In this document: in pieces, positions 13,061 through 25,708 of the stretch | Numbering within the stretch: the first letter of the stretch is position 1 | Layout of the letters: the number at the start of each line of letters is the position of its first letter | Source of the DNA: Octopus sinensis | Taxonomy: Eukaryota | Direction: 5' to 3' | Assembly (NCBI RefSeq): GCF_006345805.1 | Contig: NC_043001.1 | Coordinates: forward strand, 40,238,001-40,302,000 | DNA: 64,000 nucleotides | Notes under the pieces: generated by a model | Seen by the model: the letters and a program-made list of their open reading frames with translations, nothing else | What the model was told of the DNA's origin: nothing | Database searches by the model: none | Position numbers and translations under genes: made by a program

Positions 13061-14765
13061 GAAGTAAACTTCATATCCACATAGGCATGGCTGTGTCAAA
13101 ATATATGTGTGACTCTGTGTGTGTGTCAGTTTATATTTCCTTTTATCTTTACATCACTGATTGTAAACAAAAGCCTTGCTATGTTTGCTAGCAGTCTACC
13201 ACAAAAACATGCCCAGGCTTCTCCACATGTCTTGACACGTTACATGATCTTTGTAAAAAAAAAATCCATGTAACCATGTCTAGGCTGTTCCTTGTTCAGT
13301 TGAGGAGGATTATTTCCTTTCTTGAAAACAAGTGAGGGGTGATGACAGGGAGGGGCAGCCATCAATCTACCCACCCATAGGAAACTCTGCCCTAAAATGG
13401 TCTCATCTGACTGAAGCCAGCATCAAAGAGTAGATGTTAAATTTGATGATGATGATGAGGAGGAGGAGGAGGAGGAGGATATATTAGTTGATATTGGTAA
13501 AGAGGTAATTTAAAAGAGAAATAGTTTCAAAAAAGTAAATCAATAAAGAGAATAAATTGAAATGTGATAAATATGGGGATAGAGAAATGTTTTAGCACAA
13601 TTGAAAGCAGAATAAAAGGCAAATATGCAACAAAAAGTTTATTGTGACAAGCAAGTTTAGCACAGCAATAAAATGATCATGGCTGACAGTGAAAAGGAGA
13701 AAAGACGAGCAGGTTGTTGTTCAGCTCTGGGTCAGCTACAATTGAGAAAAACTATGATCAAAGTCATGAGCATCCCACCCTTTCTTCAGGTATAATGCTT
13801 ACATCATTCAATGTATCACTCCTTCTTTGAAGAAGGTAAATAGGATTTGAGAGAAATTTGGCTGCTATCTCTGAGCTAGTGAAATGGAAGAGGAAAAAAA
13901 TCAAACAGGTTTGAAAAAAGTGACAGAAAAGATGAAGAATAGTGGATGATAGATTTGAGAAGGAATGAAAGAAAAAAAACAATGGGCAAATTGGGAGGTG
14001 AAAAAGAAAAACAAATTTCAGAGCTTGAATATGTGTGAAAAGAAAAAGGAGAGTTTGGAACAGAAATTTGAAGAGAATACAATTATAGGCAGGAAAGTAT
14101 GGGAATGAGAGAAAGAGAAGAATGTACTGAAGGTTCTCTTCTAATCTACTGAAATTATTTTTATAGCAAAGAGGCAAAGAAAAAGTATTTTAATACTGTG
14201 CAGAATACAAAGATTCTAGGTAACTGCATGAAAGATAAGCTTATTAGACAGATTTGAACCTGGGAAAAAATAACATTGTAATTTGAGAAAAATTGTGAAA
14301 AATTTTTACATCAAGATAGAAACATACATGAAAAATTATTATAGATATACAAATCTAACAGTATCATGGATTTCTGATTAATGTAAATTTAAATACATTT
14401 TATATTTTAAAATGATGCATTCTTAGGAACATAAATAGCACAAATAAACTACATAAATAGCACAAATAAATTACAGATAAAATACATAAATGATGTATTT
14501 TTAGCAACATAAATAGCACAAATAAACGCAAATAAAGTTGTCTTCATGCTCTCTAACTATCTATTTTAGCTTTTGACTTTTTTTCCTGTTTCATATATGT
14601 GGAGTGGTTGGCTTTATGAAGGGCATCCAGCTGTAGAAACCGTAGCAAATCAGACTGGTGCAGTCCTCCAGCTTACCAGTTCCAGTCAAACTGCCCAACC
14701 CATGCCAACATGGAAAGCAGACGTTAGGTGATGATGATGATTATATTTATATATATGTATATATA

Positions 14766-15158
14766 GGCATAGGAGTGGCTGTGTGGTAAGTAGCTTGCTA
14801 ACCAGCCACATGGTCCCGGGTTCAGTCCCATTGCTTGGCATCTTGGGCAAGTGTCTTCTACTATAGCCCCAGGCCGACCAATGCCTTGTGAGTGGATTTG
14901 GTAGACAGAAACTGAAAGAAGCCTGTCGTATATATGTATATATATATGTATGTGCGTGTTTGTGTGTCTGCTGTGTTTGTCCCCCTAGCATTGCTTGACA
15001 ACCGATGCTGGTGTGTTTACGTCCCCGTCACTTAGCGGCAAAAGAGACCGATAGAATAAGTACTGGGCTTACAAAGAATAAGTCCCAGGGTCGATTTGCT
15101 CGACTAAAGGCAGTGCTCCAGCATGGCTGCAGTCAAAATGACTGAAACAAGTAAAAGA

Positions 15159-15160
<2 letters not shown>
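14766..15160 (+). mobile_element. Full-length tRNA-derived SINE (CORE-like centre)
   Basis: Pol III A box tggctgtgtgg, B box ggttcagtccc, cttgggcaagt core, internal (TA/TG) microsatellite and the shared 3' segment ending aaacaagtaaaaga. Confidence 0.85.
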
Positions 15161-15204
<44 letters not shown>

Positions 15205-15214
<10 letters not shown>

Positions 15215-16140
15215 ACTCCCAAAATAAACCCTACCATGATTTTTCAGATGTTTTTAATATAAGCCCCGCTCCAAAAATAAGACCTGGTCAAAATGCATCA
15301 GCTTGTTAGCAAGACCATGTGACGTTTACATGTTCAAGCTAGAGGATGCTGAAGTGATTCAATGTGCACTTGCATTCAAGTCCTTCATTGATGCTATCAA
15401 CTTTTCTAAATACAACCTCTCCAATATAATTGCTCTGGATGAGACTGCAGTATTTATGGGCAAAGGATCTAAAACAACAATTGAACAGACAGGTACCTCA
15501 TCAATCTACATTGCCTCAACAGGTTATGAAAGTGCAAGAGTTATTTGTATTTTAGCAATTCATCTTGATGGAACAAAAGTCCCACTGCTTATCATCACAA
15601 AGGGCAAAAAAGAGAAAATAGAACGAGTTTTGGGCACTTATGTCCTTGAAATGGAAAAGGCTTGGTGCACACAAGTTGTTATAAGAAAATGAGTTGATTT
15701 AACTATACCACTTGTTTTACATGGTTCGCAAAGGGATTTCTGAAAGAATTGACCACATAATGATTCCCATGGGAATATCTTCATATCTACAAACATTAGA
15801 TCTTTTTATAAACAAACCCTTCAAAGATTATTCGCAGATGGAAGTGAATGAATATATCAAACATAGAATGGAGAGAAATCAGCATGGAAACTTTGTCAAA
15901 TCCAACCTCCAAGAAGTCATGAATTGAGTGAAGAATTCATAGAATAAAATTACCAACAGTTGCATTGCCAATGCACTACAAACAGGGTATTTGGACAAAA
16001 AGTGTTCATTTAAGGTAAGTTATTTTGCCAAACATGAGAGATTGGGATCCATGATTCTACAGGAAATGGATTTGCAAGAAATTCAGTCTGAAGTGACAAA
16101 AGGAAAATTTAACCACAGTACAAAAAATGTCTTCATTTTC
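15205..16140 (+). pseudogene. pogo/Tigger-type DDE_1 transposase remnant
   Basis: ORF 15303-15692: NIIALDETAVF...TTIEQTG...ASTGYESARV..ILAIHLDGTKVPLLIITKG. Next ORF: MIPMGISSYLQTLDLFINKPFKD (IPxG.T..LQPLD..NKPFK motif). Confidence 0.9.
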
Positions 16141-16343
16141 CAAATGCAATTGAGTTGGTGAAGCTGGTCCAAGGGAAGGCTGCAATTCTTTGACGAAGTC
16201 ACCAAATGTGTATCAGAATGTGTTGAGGTAAACAGATGCGATAGGCATGTGGATGCCTTCAAAGTAAATAACGAATAACATTGATTTATAGTTTAAATAA
16301 TTTATTGATGGGACTTGCATTTGCTGTCGGTATACACAAAAAA

Positions 16344-16570
16344 AGCCGGCAAGCAGGCTGAAAAGTTTGCATGCCGGGCGAAATCCGTAGCTGTATTTCG
16401 TCTGCCATTACATTCTGAGTTCAAATTCTGCAAGGTCGACTTCGCCTTTCATCCTTTCGGGGTCGATAAATTAAGTACCAGTTACGCACTGGTGTCGACG
16501 TAATCGACTTAATCCGTCCTTGTTTGTCCCCTCTGTGTTTAGCCCTTTGTGGGTAGTAAAGAAATAGGTA
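16344..16570 (+). mobile_element. tRNA-derived SINE with gcctttcatcctttcggggtcgata centre (Meta/MESC-like)
   Basis: B-box-like gagttcaaatt and a conserved central domain; homologous to 56136-56356. Confidence 0.85.
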
Positions 16571-17139
16571 TACACAATTTTTCACTACATGTATGTTGTC
16601 AACTGCTACAATCTGGGAAGAATAAAAATAACAGGATATATCTGTGATATGATGTGGTAGAACTGAATATGTTTTGTGTCTGAGTTATGCATCGTTCACC
16701 TGAGAAAATACTGGTCGGCTATCTCGTGCGCTCTATCTTCGTCCCAGGTCTTTTCTGCCTGCACCTTTGCTGACCACGGTATTTATAACAGCCATAGCGA
16801 CTAGAAAGATAGACATACTGCAGGAGAGATTGTGTCTAAATAGGTCAGCTCCTGTCCATTTGAACTTTGCCTGACATGGCTGAGATCGTAGATCAAAGGG
16901 AGACGATTTATCATTTTTTGACAGAACAAAGAAAATTCTTTCATGCCTGTTTGGTCAGTGGTTGCTCAGACGAGCGAGAATCCTTAGGTTTAGTTTCGAA
17001 TCTAAGCTTGGAGAAAAGGAGTGTTAGTTTTTACACACACACACCACACATATGTATATATATATATATATATATAAAATTATCCCCACTTAAACATGGA
17101 TGTTCTGCATATATGTATATACACGACAAGCTTCTTTCA

Positions 17140-17510
17140 GTGTGGTAAGAAGCTTGCTTCCCAATCACATGGTTCTGGGCTCAGTCCCACTGCATGCATC
17201 TTGGGCAAGTGTCTTCTGCTTGGGCCTTCCAAAGCCTTGTGAGTAGATTTGGTAGACAGAAACTGAAAGAAGCCCGTAGTAATGTGTGTGTGTGTGTATT
17301 TATGTGTATCTGTTTGTCTCCCACTACCGCTTGACAACCGGTGTTGGTATGTTTACATCCCCGTAACCTAGTGGTTTGGAAAAAGGTACCGATAGAATAA
17401 GTACTAGGCCTAAAAAAATCCTGGTGTCGATTTGTTCGACTAAAACCCCTTCAAGGCGGTGCCCCAGCATGACCACAGTCAAATGACTGATACAAATTAA
17501 AAGATAAGAT
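17140..17510 (+). mobile_element. tRNA-derived SINE (CORE-like family)
   Basis: Homologous over its length to 14766-15160. Confidence 0.85.
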
Positions 17511-19285
17511 AAATATAGATATATGAGTGAGTGTGTGTATGTATGTGTACGTATGCTTATATGAGTATGTATATGCATACATGCACGTTTTGTGTATGTA
17601 TATATGTATGTGCGTACGCACATGCGGTTGGAGAGAGAATTCTCAATGATACTAGTTATATTTCATTGAAACATGGCTACGTCTTTATGGAAGTATGGAA
17701 GAATATAGTTGATAGGATCGAACCCGCATACTCACAGTATTCATTTTATCCACTTTACACGTTCGCTCCATCTTCCAAAAATAGACAAATTTCAATCAAA
17801 TCACACCCGATTATCCTAAAAAGATATCTGCCAGCAGGGAGAAGGTCACGGCTGAACCGTACCTAACACCTACAATAAAAGTTGATTCCCCTGGACAACT
17901 CAGAGAGTGAAGAGCCATAACTAATTACCTCATTGCAATTAGTTTGCACTTGAGCTTTTATAAACTAAGTGATACAAGGAATAACTTTTCTATAGCAGAA
18001 ACAAAGAGGAGAAGAACAATGAGAGAAATGTGAGGAATAGAAATAGACAGAGAAGTCATTATCAGTGGTAAAAAGAAAGAAATGATAAGAGAGGGGAAAA
18101 AAACATAGGGAGATAATTTTTTTTTTTTTGAGTAAACATTACAAAGGGATAGAGAGCTATTATGAGAAACAAAGTGACGAATAAAACAGAGATAAAGTGT
18201 CAGAGAAACAAGAGGGACAAGGAGAAGAGAAAAACATACAAGTAAAGCAAGAAGCTATCAAACTGAAAAAGGAAATAAGAAGAAATATACAGAGGCGCGG
18301 ACTAATAGAACAGAAAGAGATTGTCAAACAACCAAAGGCAGAAAGATAAAGACGAAAAGATATGATAGGAGTTGGAAATAAACAAAGAACGTCGGCAATA
18401 AAGTGAGTTACTAGGTATAGAAGGAAGTAAAAGAGAAAGTAAAGAAGACGGTATGCTTGATTGATACCTTATTTTGAAAGTGGGCTAAACAGGAAAGCGC
18501 TTTCAAGAGATAAAAAAGCGGGTCCAGGCAAACGGATAAACATTCAATGGATATTTATCAACTACAGTAATAGAAAGAAAAATGAATTCAGAGCAAATTT
18601 GTGGTGTGTAGAGGCAGCCGTTGGTCTGTTGGTCGTGTAGTGTTCATACAGCAATGATGTAGGCAGTCGTTTGGTGGAGATGAAAGCGGAGACTGGTTGG
18701 TGTCAGATGCATCTTTGTAAGAGATGCGTTGCGTATGGTCAGTGGCGTGTGCATTTCGTAGAGAGAATAATGGACTCCCATGAGAGATGAAAGTTTTTCC
18801 ACCAAGAGAACACGCGATCCATTTTAGCGCATCTGATTAGTTGTAATCTGATTAGTGTAATTTGGCACAGTTGTTTAGGGAAAAGGTTCTCAACGGAAGG
18901 GGCACAATACCCCCCACTCCCCGGGAGTGTGGAATTTGGAGCTCGAGGGGGCGTTTTGCAGCAAAGGAGTACAAGAGAGCATTAAGAGACTTAGGGGCGC
19001 TGAAAGACCTTTGCCTTTTGTAAGTTAAATTTGAAATCAACGAATAGTACCCATATTTTCACATTTCTACGACAGTCGGTTTAAAAAGCCATCTCTTTTT
19101 GTTTCAAATTTTCAAAAACTTAAAAACACTTTTTCCACTTTGACGACACCATGCAAATTCCTGGCACCATGTGTAACAGGTGTCGCTAAAGTGAAACCCC
19201 CTAAGCAAAAGCAAAAGCTGAAAACATGAATAATGTCAGACAATTAAAAGTAAAAAAAACTAATGAATAAAAAGCGAAAAGATGA

Positions 19286-19316
<31 letters not shown>

Positions 19317-19716
19317 TATATAAAGAATGGTGGTCAGAATTTTGGATCAAACTGGCATTTGGGAGTGGCTGATAGGTATGTATTTGTGTATGTATGGGTA
19401 TGTTTGTATGTATATGATCGCATGTGTTGCCGTTTTGAATTCCTTTCTGCAACTGAACTTAAATTGATCCCTGGCTATAAATTTGACATATATATATATA
19501 TATAAATTAGAAAAATGATATTACATTTTGTGAAATTTGATTTAGTATTTCTAAATTGAATTTTTCCCTGTAAGTTTGGAATAATATTCCCTCATATTAT
19601 TTTTTTTTTTTCTTCTTTCAAATTTGCTTCCATTTCTTGCCGAGTGTCTTCCCGACTCCTAGGGCAAAGAAACTCATAGTATACATTGGTAGGCTATTAA
19701 ACCAAACTCAGTATTA

Positions 19717-19770
<54 letters not shown>
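19717..19770. repeat. (ATT)n microsatellite
   Basis: Direct reading. Confidence 0.95.
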
Positions 19771-19773
<3 letters not shown>

Positions 19774-19905
19774 CAATAAAGCCTAATGGTGTGAATTTTC
19801 TAAAACTCCTTTAGGGACAAACAGTTTCCACAAGGTATTCCAATTTAATCGGAGTCTACATGATCTGAAGCATATTTGTAAAAAGAAATATTTAATTTTC
19901 TCATG

Positions 19906-20420
19906 GGATCTTCTCCTTTTGAACGGCAGTTTTCAACACAATTTCTAGTTAACTAAACACTTTTAAACTTCGTATACTGGTAGAATGTGTCAAAATAAAA
20001 CATTTTTTTCTCTTGGCTTTCTTGAGAAAATTGTAGTTTGTAAGTTTAACGTAGTTTAATTTTTCGAATTTTAACCAATCAATGGCCTCTATTTAGCTAA
20101 AATCATTCGCTGCGTCTAAAACTGAGACAACATCCTGTCACTTACCCTTACCCTAACCCTACCCTTTCCGCACGTAAACATAACAGTGACAGGATGTTGT
20201 CTAGGTTTTAGACGCAGCAAATGATTTTAGCTAAATAGAGGCCATTGATTGGTTAAAATTCGAAAAATTAAACTACGTTAAACTTACAAACTACAATTTT
20301 CTCAAGAAAGCCAAGAGAAAAAATGTTTTATTTTGACACATTCTACCAGTATACGAAGTTTAAAAGTGCTTAGTTAACTAGAAATTGTGTTGAAAACTGC
20401 CGTTCAAAAGGAAAAGATCC
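19906..20420. mobile_element. Fold-back MITE (~237-bp TIRs), Merlin-like
   Basis: Arms 19906-20142 and 20185-20420 are near-perfect inverted repeats beginning GGATC. Flanked by ttctcatg/ttcccatg (8-bp TSD, 1 mismatch). Confidence 0.9.
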
Positions 20421-20530
20421 TTCCCATGGGTATGAAGAAGCACATCTTTGGGGCACAATTGTGTAGATATGCCGAAATATTTATATATATATACATATAC
20501 AAGGATGTTTATAAAACTAACTCTGTAAAA

Positions 20531-20571
<41 letters not shown>

Positions 20572-21847
20572 TATGTTTCTGTATGCATTTATATACGTAT
20601 GTTTCAGAAGATACTAGAATAATGGAATAAAAGTCAGTCATAAGAGGTCTCCCAAAAATCTATTTCCTTAATTTCTAACTACTGTTTCTGGCACGCATAT
20701 TTACGCAATTTTGAATTTGAAGTAATTAAAAATATTATTTGGAAATTATAAAAAGAAACGAGTGGTAGATTCGAACTGTCTGTATTGTAAAACCATGAAT
20801 TTAAAAAAAAAAAAAATTGTGTCAATTTTTTTCTCCAGAAGTTCATGGCTTCGTAGGAATAAGCATGGAAAACTGCATCAAGATAACCAATTTTCAGATT
20901 TTTTTTACTTCCTTTTAAGAAATGCAGATTGAATGTAACAAACTAGATCCTGAATAAGAAATTAATGTTTAATATGACAAATTTTCATATTTTTTACGTC
21001 ATTTTTAACGGGGCTGATTTTGTGACTCAAACTAACTAGATCCAAATACAGTGAATACCATCCTCCACAATTTGCTACTCATATGAAGTACATATGTATT
21101 TCAACAATTTTTATCAATTATACTCTTTTTTTTTTTAACATAAAAAATCATCTTCCCGGATGACAATAACTTATATGTCAGATTGTTGCACAAATTCTAG
21201 CTGTTTTGATAAGGGAAATCAGAAAGGTTTGAAATGATTTCATCGACATTTATTTGTACCAAAGAGCACTCTTTCGATAGACAACACATTGATCTTATGT
21301 CGCGTGGTGGAAATAAACGGAATTACCAAACTTTTAATTCATTATTTCGTTGTTGTTTTTTTCTTTTTGTATTTCAGTTTGTACATCTGTACTCCTGACT
21401 GTATACAAGCGCATATGTAAAACGACGTCCTTTATTTTTTTTTAATCATTATCTGCTGATATCAAAATAAGTGGTATATTGAAAAATAAAAATATTTTCT
21501 AGGGGCGCCATTTGTGATTAAAAGGGTCAAAAAGGGGCCTTTGGCCAAAATGGGTTGAGAAACTTTGGTTTAGAGGACAATTTGCACCTAAAAACTAACC
21601 AATCAGAACAATGGTTACAACCTGATCTTTATAGCCAACTATTTTCTGCTACGTCCAAACAACATCTATATATCAAAGGAAGAGAGAATAATTTGCTTTC
21701 TTTTATTTTGTCAATCCAGCAAACATAAAATGTCTTTTTGATCGACTAAACCCATCAAGTCAGTACCCCAGTATGGCTATAGTCTAATGAACGAAACAAG
21801 TAAAAGAACTTTGCATTTGCCAATGCATACCATGATGAGTTTCCTAT

Positions 21848-22009
21848 ATACCTATTTTTTTTATTACCCACAAGGGGCTAAACATAGAGGGGACAAACAA
21901 GGACAGACATAGGTATTAAGTCGATTACATCGACCCCAGTGAGTAACTGGTACTTAATTTATCGACCCCGAAAGGGTAAAAGGCAAAGTCGACCTCGGCG
22001 GAATTTGAG
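21848..22009 (-). mobile_element. Meta/MESC-like SINE, 5' truncated
   Basis: Reverse complement of the 56136-56356 body. Confidence 0.85.
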
Positions 22010-22078
22010 TTACCTATATACCATTAAGAAAATTATCAGCCTATATATTGTGGAATGGCAATACTCTAGAGAAATGGA

Positions 22079-22520
22079 GGATCTTTTCCTTTTGAACGGC
22101 ATATGTCAACACAATTTCTAGTTAACTAAACACTTTTAAACTTCGTATACTGGTAGAATGTATTTATAAAACATCATTTTTTCTTGGCTTTATTGAGAAA
22201 ATTCTATAGTTTGTAACATATTACCACTTTAAATTCGAGCATTTCGGCAATTTTAACCAATCGCTCACCTCCATTTGGGGAGAAAACATTCCGTGCTGTA
22301 TGAATATGTCCCTCAGAAACAGATTGGGTTTATTTACATTGGTTAAAATTGCCGAAATGCTCGATTTTAAAGTGGAAATATGTTACAAACTATAGAATTT
22401 TCTCAATAAAGCCAAGAAAAAATGATGTTTTATAAACACATTCTACCAGTATACGAAGTTTAAAAGTGTTTAGTTAACTAGAAATTGTGTTGAAAACTGC
22501 CGTTCAAAAGGAAAGGATCC
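22079..22520. mobile_element. Fold-back MITE (~183-bp TIRs), Merlin-like
   Basis: GGATC...GATCC termini; arms 22079-22261 and 22338-22520; perfect 8-bp TSD GAAATGGA. Confidence 0.92.
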
Positions 22521-22614
22521 GAAATGGAGACGACTGTGTCTCTTAAGATAGGTAGTTCCCATTACTATTTACCGACAAAATTACACCCCAACCAAAAAAA
22601 TAATAAATAAAAAA

Positions 22615-22780
22615 GACCGGCAAGCTAGTAGAATCGTTAGCGCGCCGGTTCAGTTTTACGTTCCGAGTTCAAATTCCGCCAAGGTCGACTTTTACCTTTC
22701 ATCCTTTCGCGGTCGATCTAATCGACTATATCCCCCCTCCCCCCGAAATTCCAGGCTTTGTACCTATATTAAAAAGAAAG
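22615..22780 (+). mobile_element. Meta/MESC-like SINE variant
   Basis: gagttcaaattccgcc...cctttcatcctttcg.ggtcgat. Confidence 0.75.
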
Positions 22781-22876
22781 AAGAATTATTCTCCCAACGT
22801 ACAATATTACTTATGTATGTAATGTATTGTGAACCGAAATTGTGAGTGAGAAAAAGGCCTGTAAAATGAAATAGGT

Positions 22877-23957
22877 AATAAATTCTTAGAAAGGTACAAA
22901 GTTTCGTGGAAATTATATTTTAATTTTAAAATTTTTGTTGTTTTTCTCTAGTTAACATACTAACAACGCAATTAAATCGAAACGAAAGCGAATTTTTGAT
23001 TCTGTCCTTTGAGAATTTAACTTACGGTCAATGAACCAAAGAGGGTGTCCCTATGTGGTCGCTCAACCTACAAGATAGCTACGAAATTCCCCCCAAGACA
23101 AGTTGATTTGTAGATAGAGATGTTTATGGAAAAGTACATAATGGAGAGCATCAAGAAAGAAGCGGAGACGGATTGCAGGGGAGTTAGGGGCGTGAGAAAT
23201 GAAAGTTTTAAAAAAGAAAAAAGGCGGAAGAAAGCATACAATAAATATCTTTGAAATGGAGCGAAAATGTAATTCATCATTCAAATGGATGAGAGGTGTT
23301 TGTTTAGTCTTTGACATGTAAGAGTAGGGAGATAGAATGAAAAAGGAATATGCTTTTATAGTTTTCATATATTTACGGATTCTTAAGTAGAAAAATAAAC
23401 ACTTCCTAAAAAAAATTGTTAATTTTATTATTTTAAAAAAATATGCTTCTTAATCAGTCAGATCTGTACTTTTCTGTCTGCACTTAAATATTAAAAAATT
23501 ATGAAAAGAATTCTACTGGCGTAAAATGCAGGATCTGTAAATATTAGATTTTCTGTTATGATTAGAAGTTAAGATCTAATATAGAACAAGTATCGTCGAC
23601 TGTAAAGATTATTATATATTCCATATTTAATCTTGGGTGTGATCTGCTCGTAATTTTTCCGAGCCGAGTACGTATATTACGAACTACATCATTCAATGTG
23701 TTCCCCCTTTATTTTAAAGATAACAGAAATGCGAAATGGGGGGAATTTCGTAGCTATCTTGTAGGTTGAGCAACCACATAGGGACACCCTCTTTGGTTCA
23801 TTGACCTTAAGTTAAATTCTCAAAGGACAGAATCAAAAATCCGCTTTCGTTTCGATTTAATTGCGTTGTTAGTATGTTAACTAGAGAAAAACAACAAAAA
23901 TTTTTTTAATTAAAATATAATTTCCACGAAACTTTGTACCTTTCTAAGAAATTTATT
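22877..23957. repeat. Long inverted repeat, ~220-bp arms around a ~640-bp spacer
   Basis: 22877-23095 is the near-identical reverse complement of 23737-23957. No TSD seen. Confidence 0.9.
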
Positions 23958-24541
23958 CAAGGTTGCCAGCATAAAAAAGTATATTAACATATTTGTGGTA
24001 TTTAAAGTTTATTTTTGTATATGTTTGTCAATAATCAGTAAAAAGAAGACTAGGCTAAGTTCTTCAAATGTGGGTGTGTCTCTTGGTTGTAAATGAAATC
24101 TGAGAGCGAACTAGTACAAGATAACACGTAAAAAATAATAGTAAATATGGAATTGTGTTCCAATCCACACTTCTCATTGGGAAGATACTTTTTAGGAGTA
24201 TTAATAACATAACCAAAGTTCATTGTATTCAACAAAGAATAAAATTTAGGTCATAGACTCTGCTCACCAAAAGCTGTCTTACTCAATGCTCTTGAGGTGA
24301 TAATTATTGGTGTTTAAAACGTAGCCTAAATAAATTGCTACTGTTATAAACCCAAACTGGAATATCAAAGCTTAAAAGATTTTAATCGACTAAAAATACA
24401 GCAATCTACAATACAAACAAAGATTGCTAACTTGTAAGCAAAACTCAACTTCAACGCAATAACAGTTTTATGCAGCGAGTTGCTACAGTCTCGACTAACT
24501 AAAATCAACACTGAACACGTCGTGCCGCAAACAAAACTCCG

Positions 24542-24747
<206 letters not shown>

Positions 24748-24761
24748 TATATATATATAAA

Positions 24762-25320
24762 GTAGCTGAAAAGACCCGTCGTTGCTGAGCAATTTTTACA
24801 ATAGAATGTTTTATATAATCTTTTGTTTATTCTATGTCAGACCATGCCTTCCTCGACAGATAGGCCTCTTGATCAGGACAAATTTGTGCAAATTTTCGCA
24901 AAAAAACTTCATTGAGGATTTTGTTCCTTTTAAAATTATTTACGTGTCGGTTTTGCATGATTTTATTGATTAAAACTTATTAAAACTTCATAAGTTCTTA
25001 CAACTATGGTTATCGTAATGCTTTGCTTTCGTTTGTTAAATAAAAATTCCTCCTCGTAATGATTTTGCTTTCATTTCGTGATAGACAGCTATAGTGCAGA
25101 AAATATCATCTTCCAAATCCTGTTTTCTGATTAAGTAAGACTGATTAAACTTTAAAACCTCAGTAACAATTTTCTGCAATTTTTCTGGAACAAATAAATA
25201 GCAAAATCGGATTTAACGTAGAAAATTATTTCAATATACCAAATTTGAAAATGTTGACGTAATTTAAATTTCACAATATGTGACAGCAACAGGGAAGACC
25301 CTATAAAAGTAAAGAGACGT
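24762..25320 (-). mobile_element. Decayed non-autonomous Helitron
   Basis: agtagctgaaaagacccgtcgttgctgagc resembles the reverse complement of the array 3' terminus (actagcagtatcgcccggcgttgctcggg). Confidence 0.4.
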
Positions 25321-25415
25321 TACACACAGGTAATCACGAGTTTAAAATGGTGTATAGTAGATGTAAGTATGTATGTATGTATGTATGTATGTATGTATGT
25401 ATGTATGCATGCATG

Positions 25416-25502
<87 letters not shown>

Positions 25503-25506
<4 letters not shown>

Positions 25507-25699
25507 ATCCAAGCATGAAAACACAACAACGTGAGGACGTGGAACAAATATAGTATTATTGGACGCTCAGGAAGGAAGGGAAGAAGGAGGGTTTAACGTT
25601 TCGAGCGGAGCTCTTCTTCAGAAACATAGGAAAAGGAAAGATCCAGAGAAGGGAAGACAGAGGAAAAAAATTGCCAACGGTACACACGCGGTCACATTT
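25503..25699 (-). mobile_element. ~200-bp repeat carrying a hammerhead motif, inserted in (TA)n (copy 1)
   Basis: Closely matches 45742-45951 in the opposite orientation; contains GUUU-CUGAAGA-A-GAGC-UCC-GCUC-GAAA-CG-UU-AAAC. Confidence 0.8.
25591..25625 (-). ncRNA. Minimal type I hammerhead ribozyme motif
   Basis: Helix I GUUU/AAAC, core CUGAAGA, one bulged A, helix II GAGC/GCUC, GAAA, palindromic 2-bp helix III (ACGU), GUU cleavage triplet. Confidence 0.65.
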
Positions 25700-25708
25700 A
25701 TATATATA

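Noticed and set aside
14766-14840. tRNA gene candidates at SINE heads (also 56136 and 59590)
   Set aside because: A/B boxes are present but there is no complete cloverleaf; they continue into SINE bodies.
20143-20170. Telomere-like ttacccttaccctaacccta
   Set aside because: Only a few degenerate units, internal to the MITE spacer and echoed in other family copies; not an interstitial telomere array.
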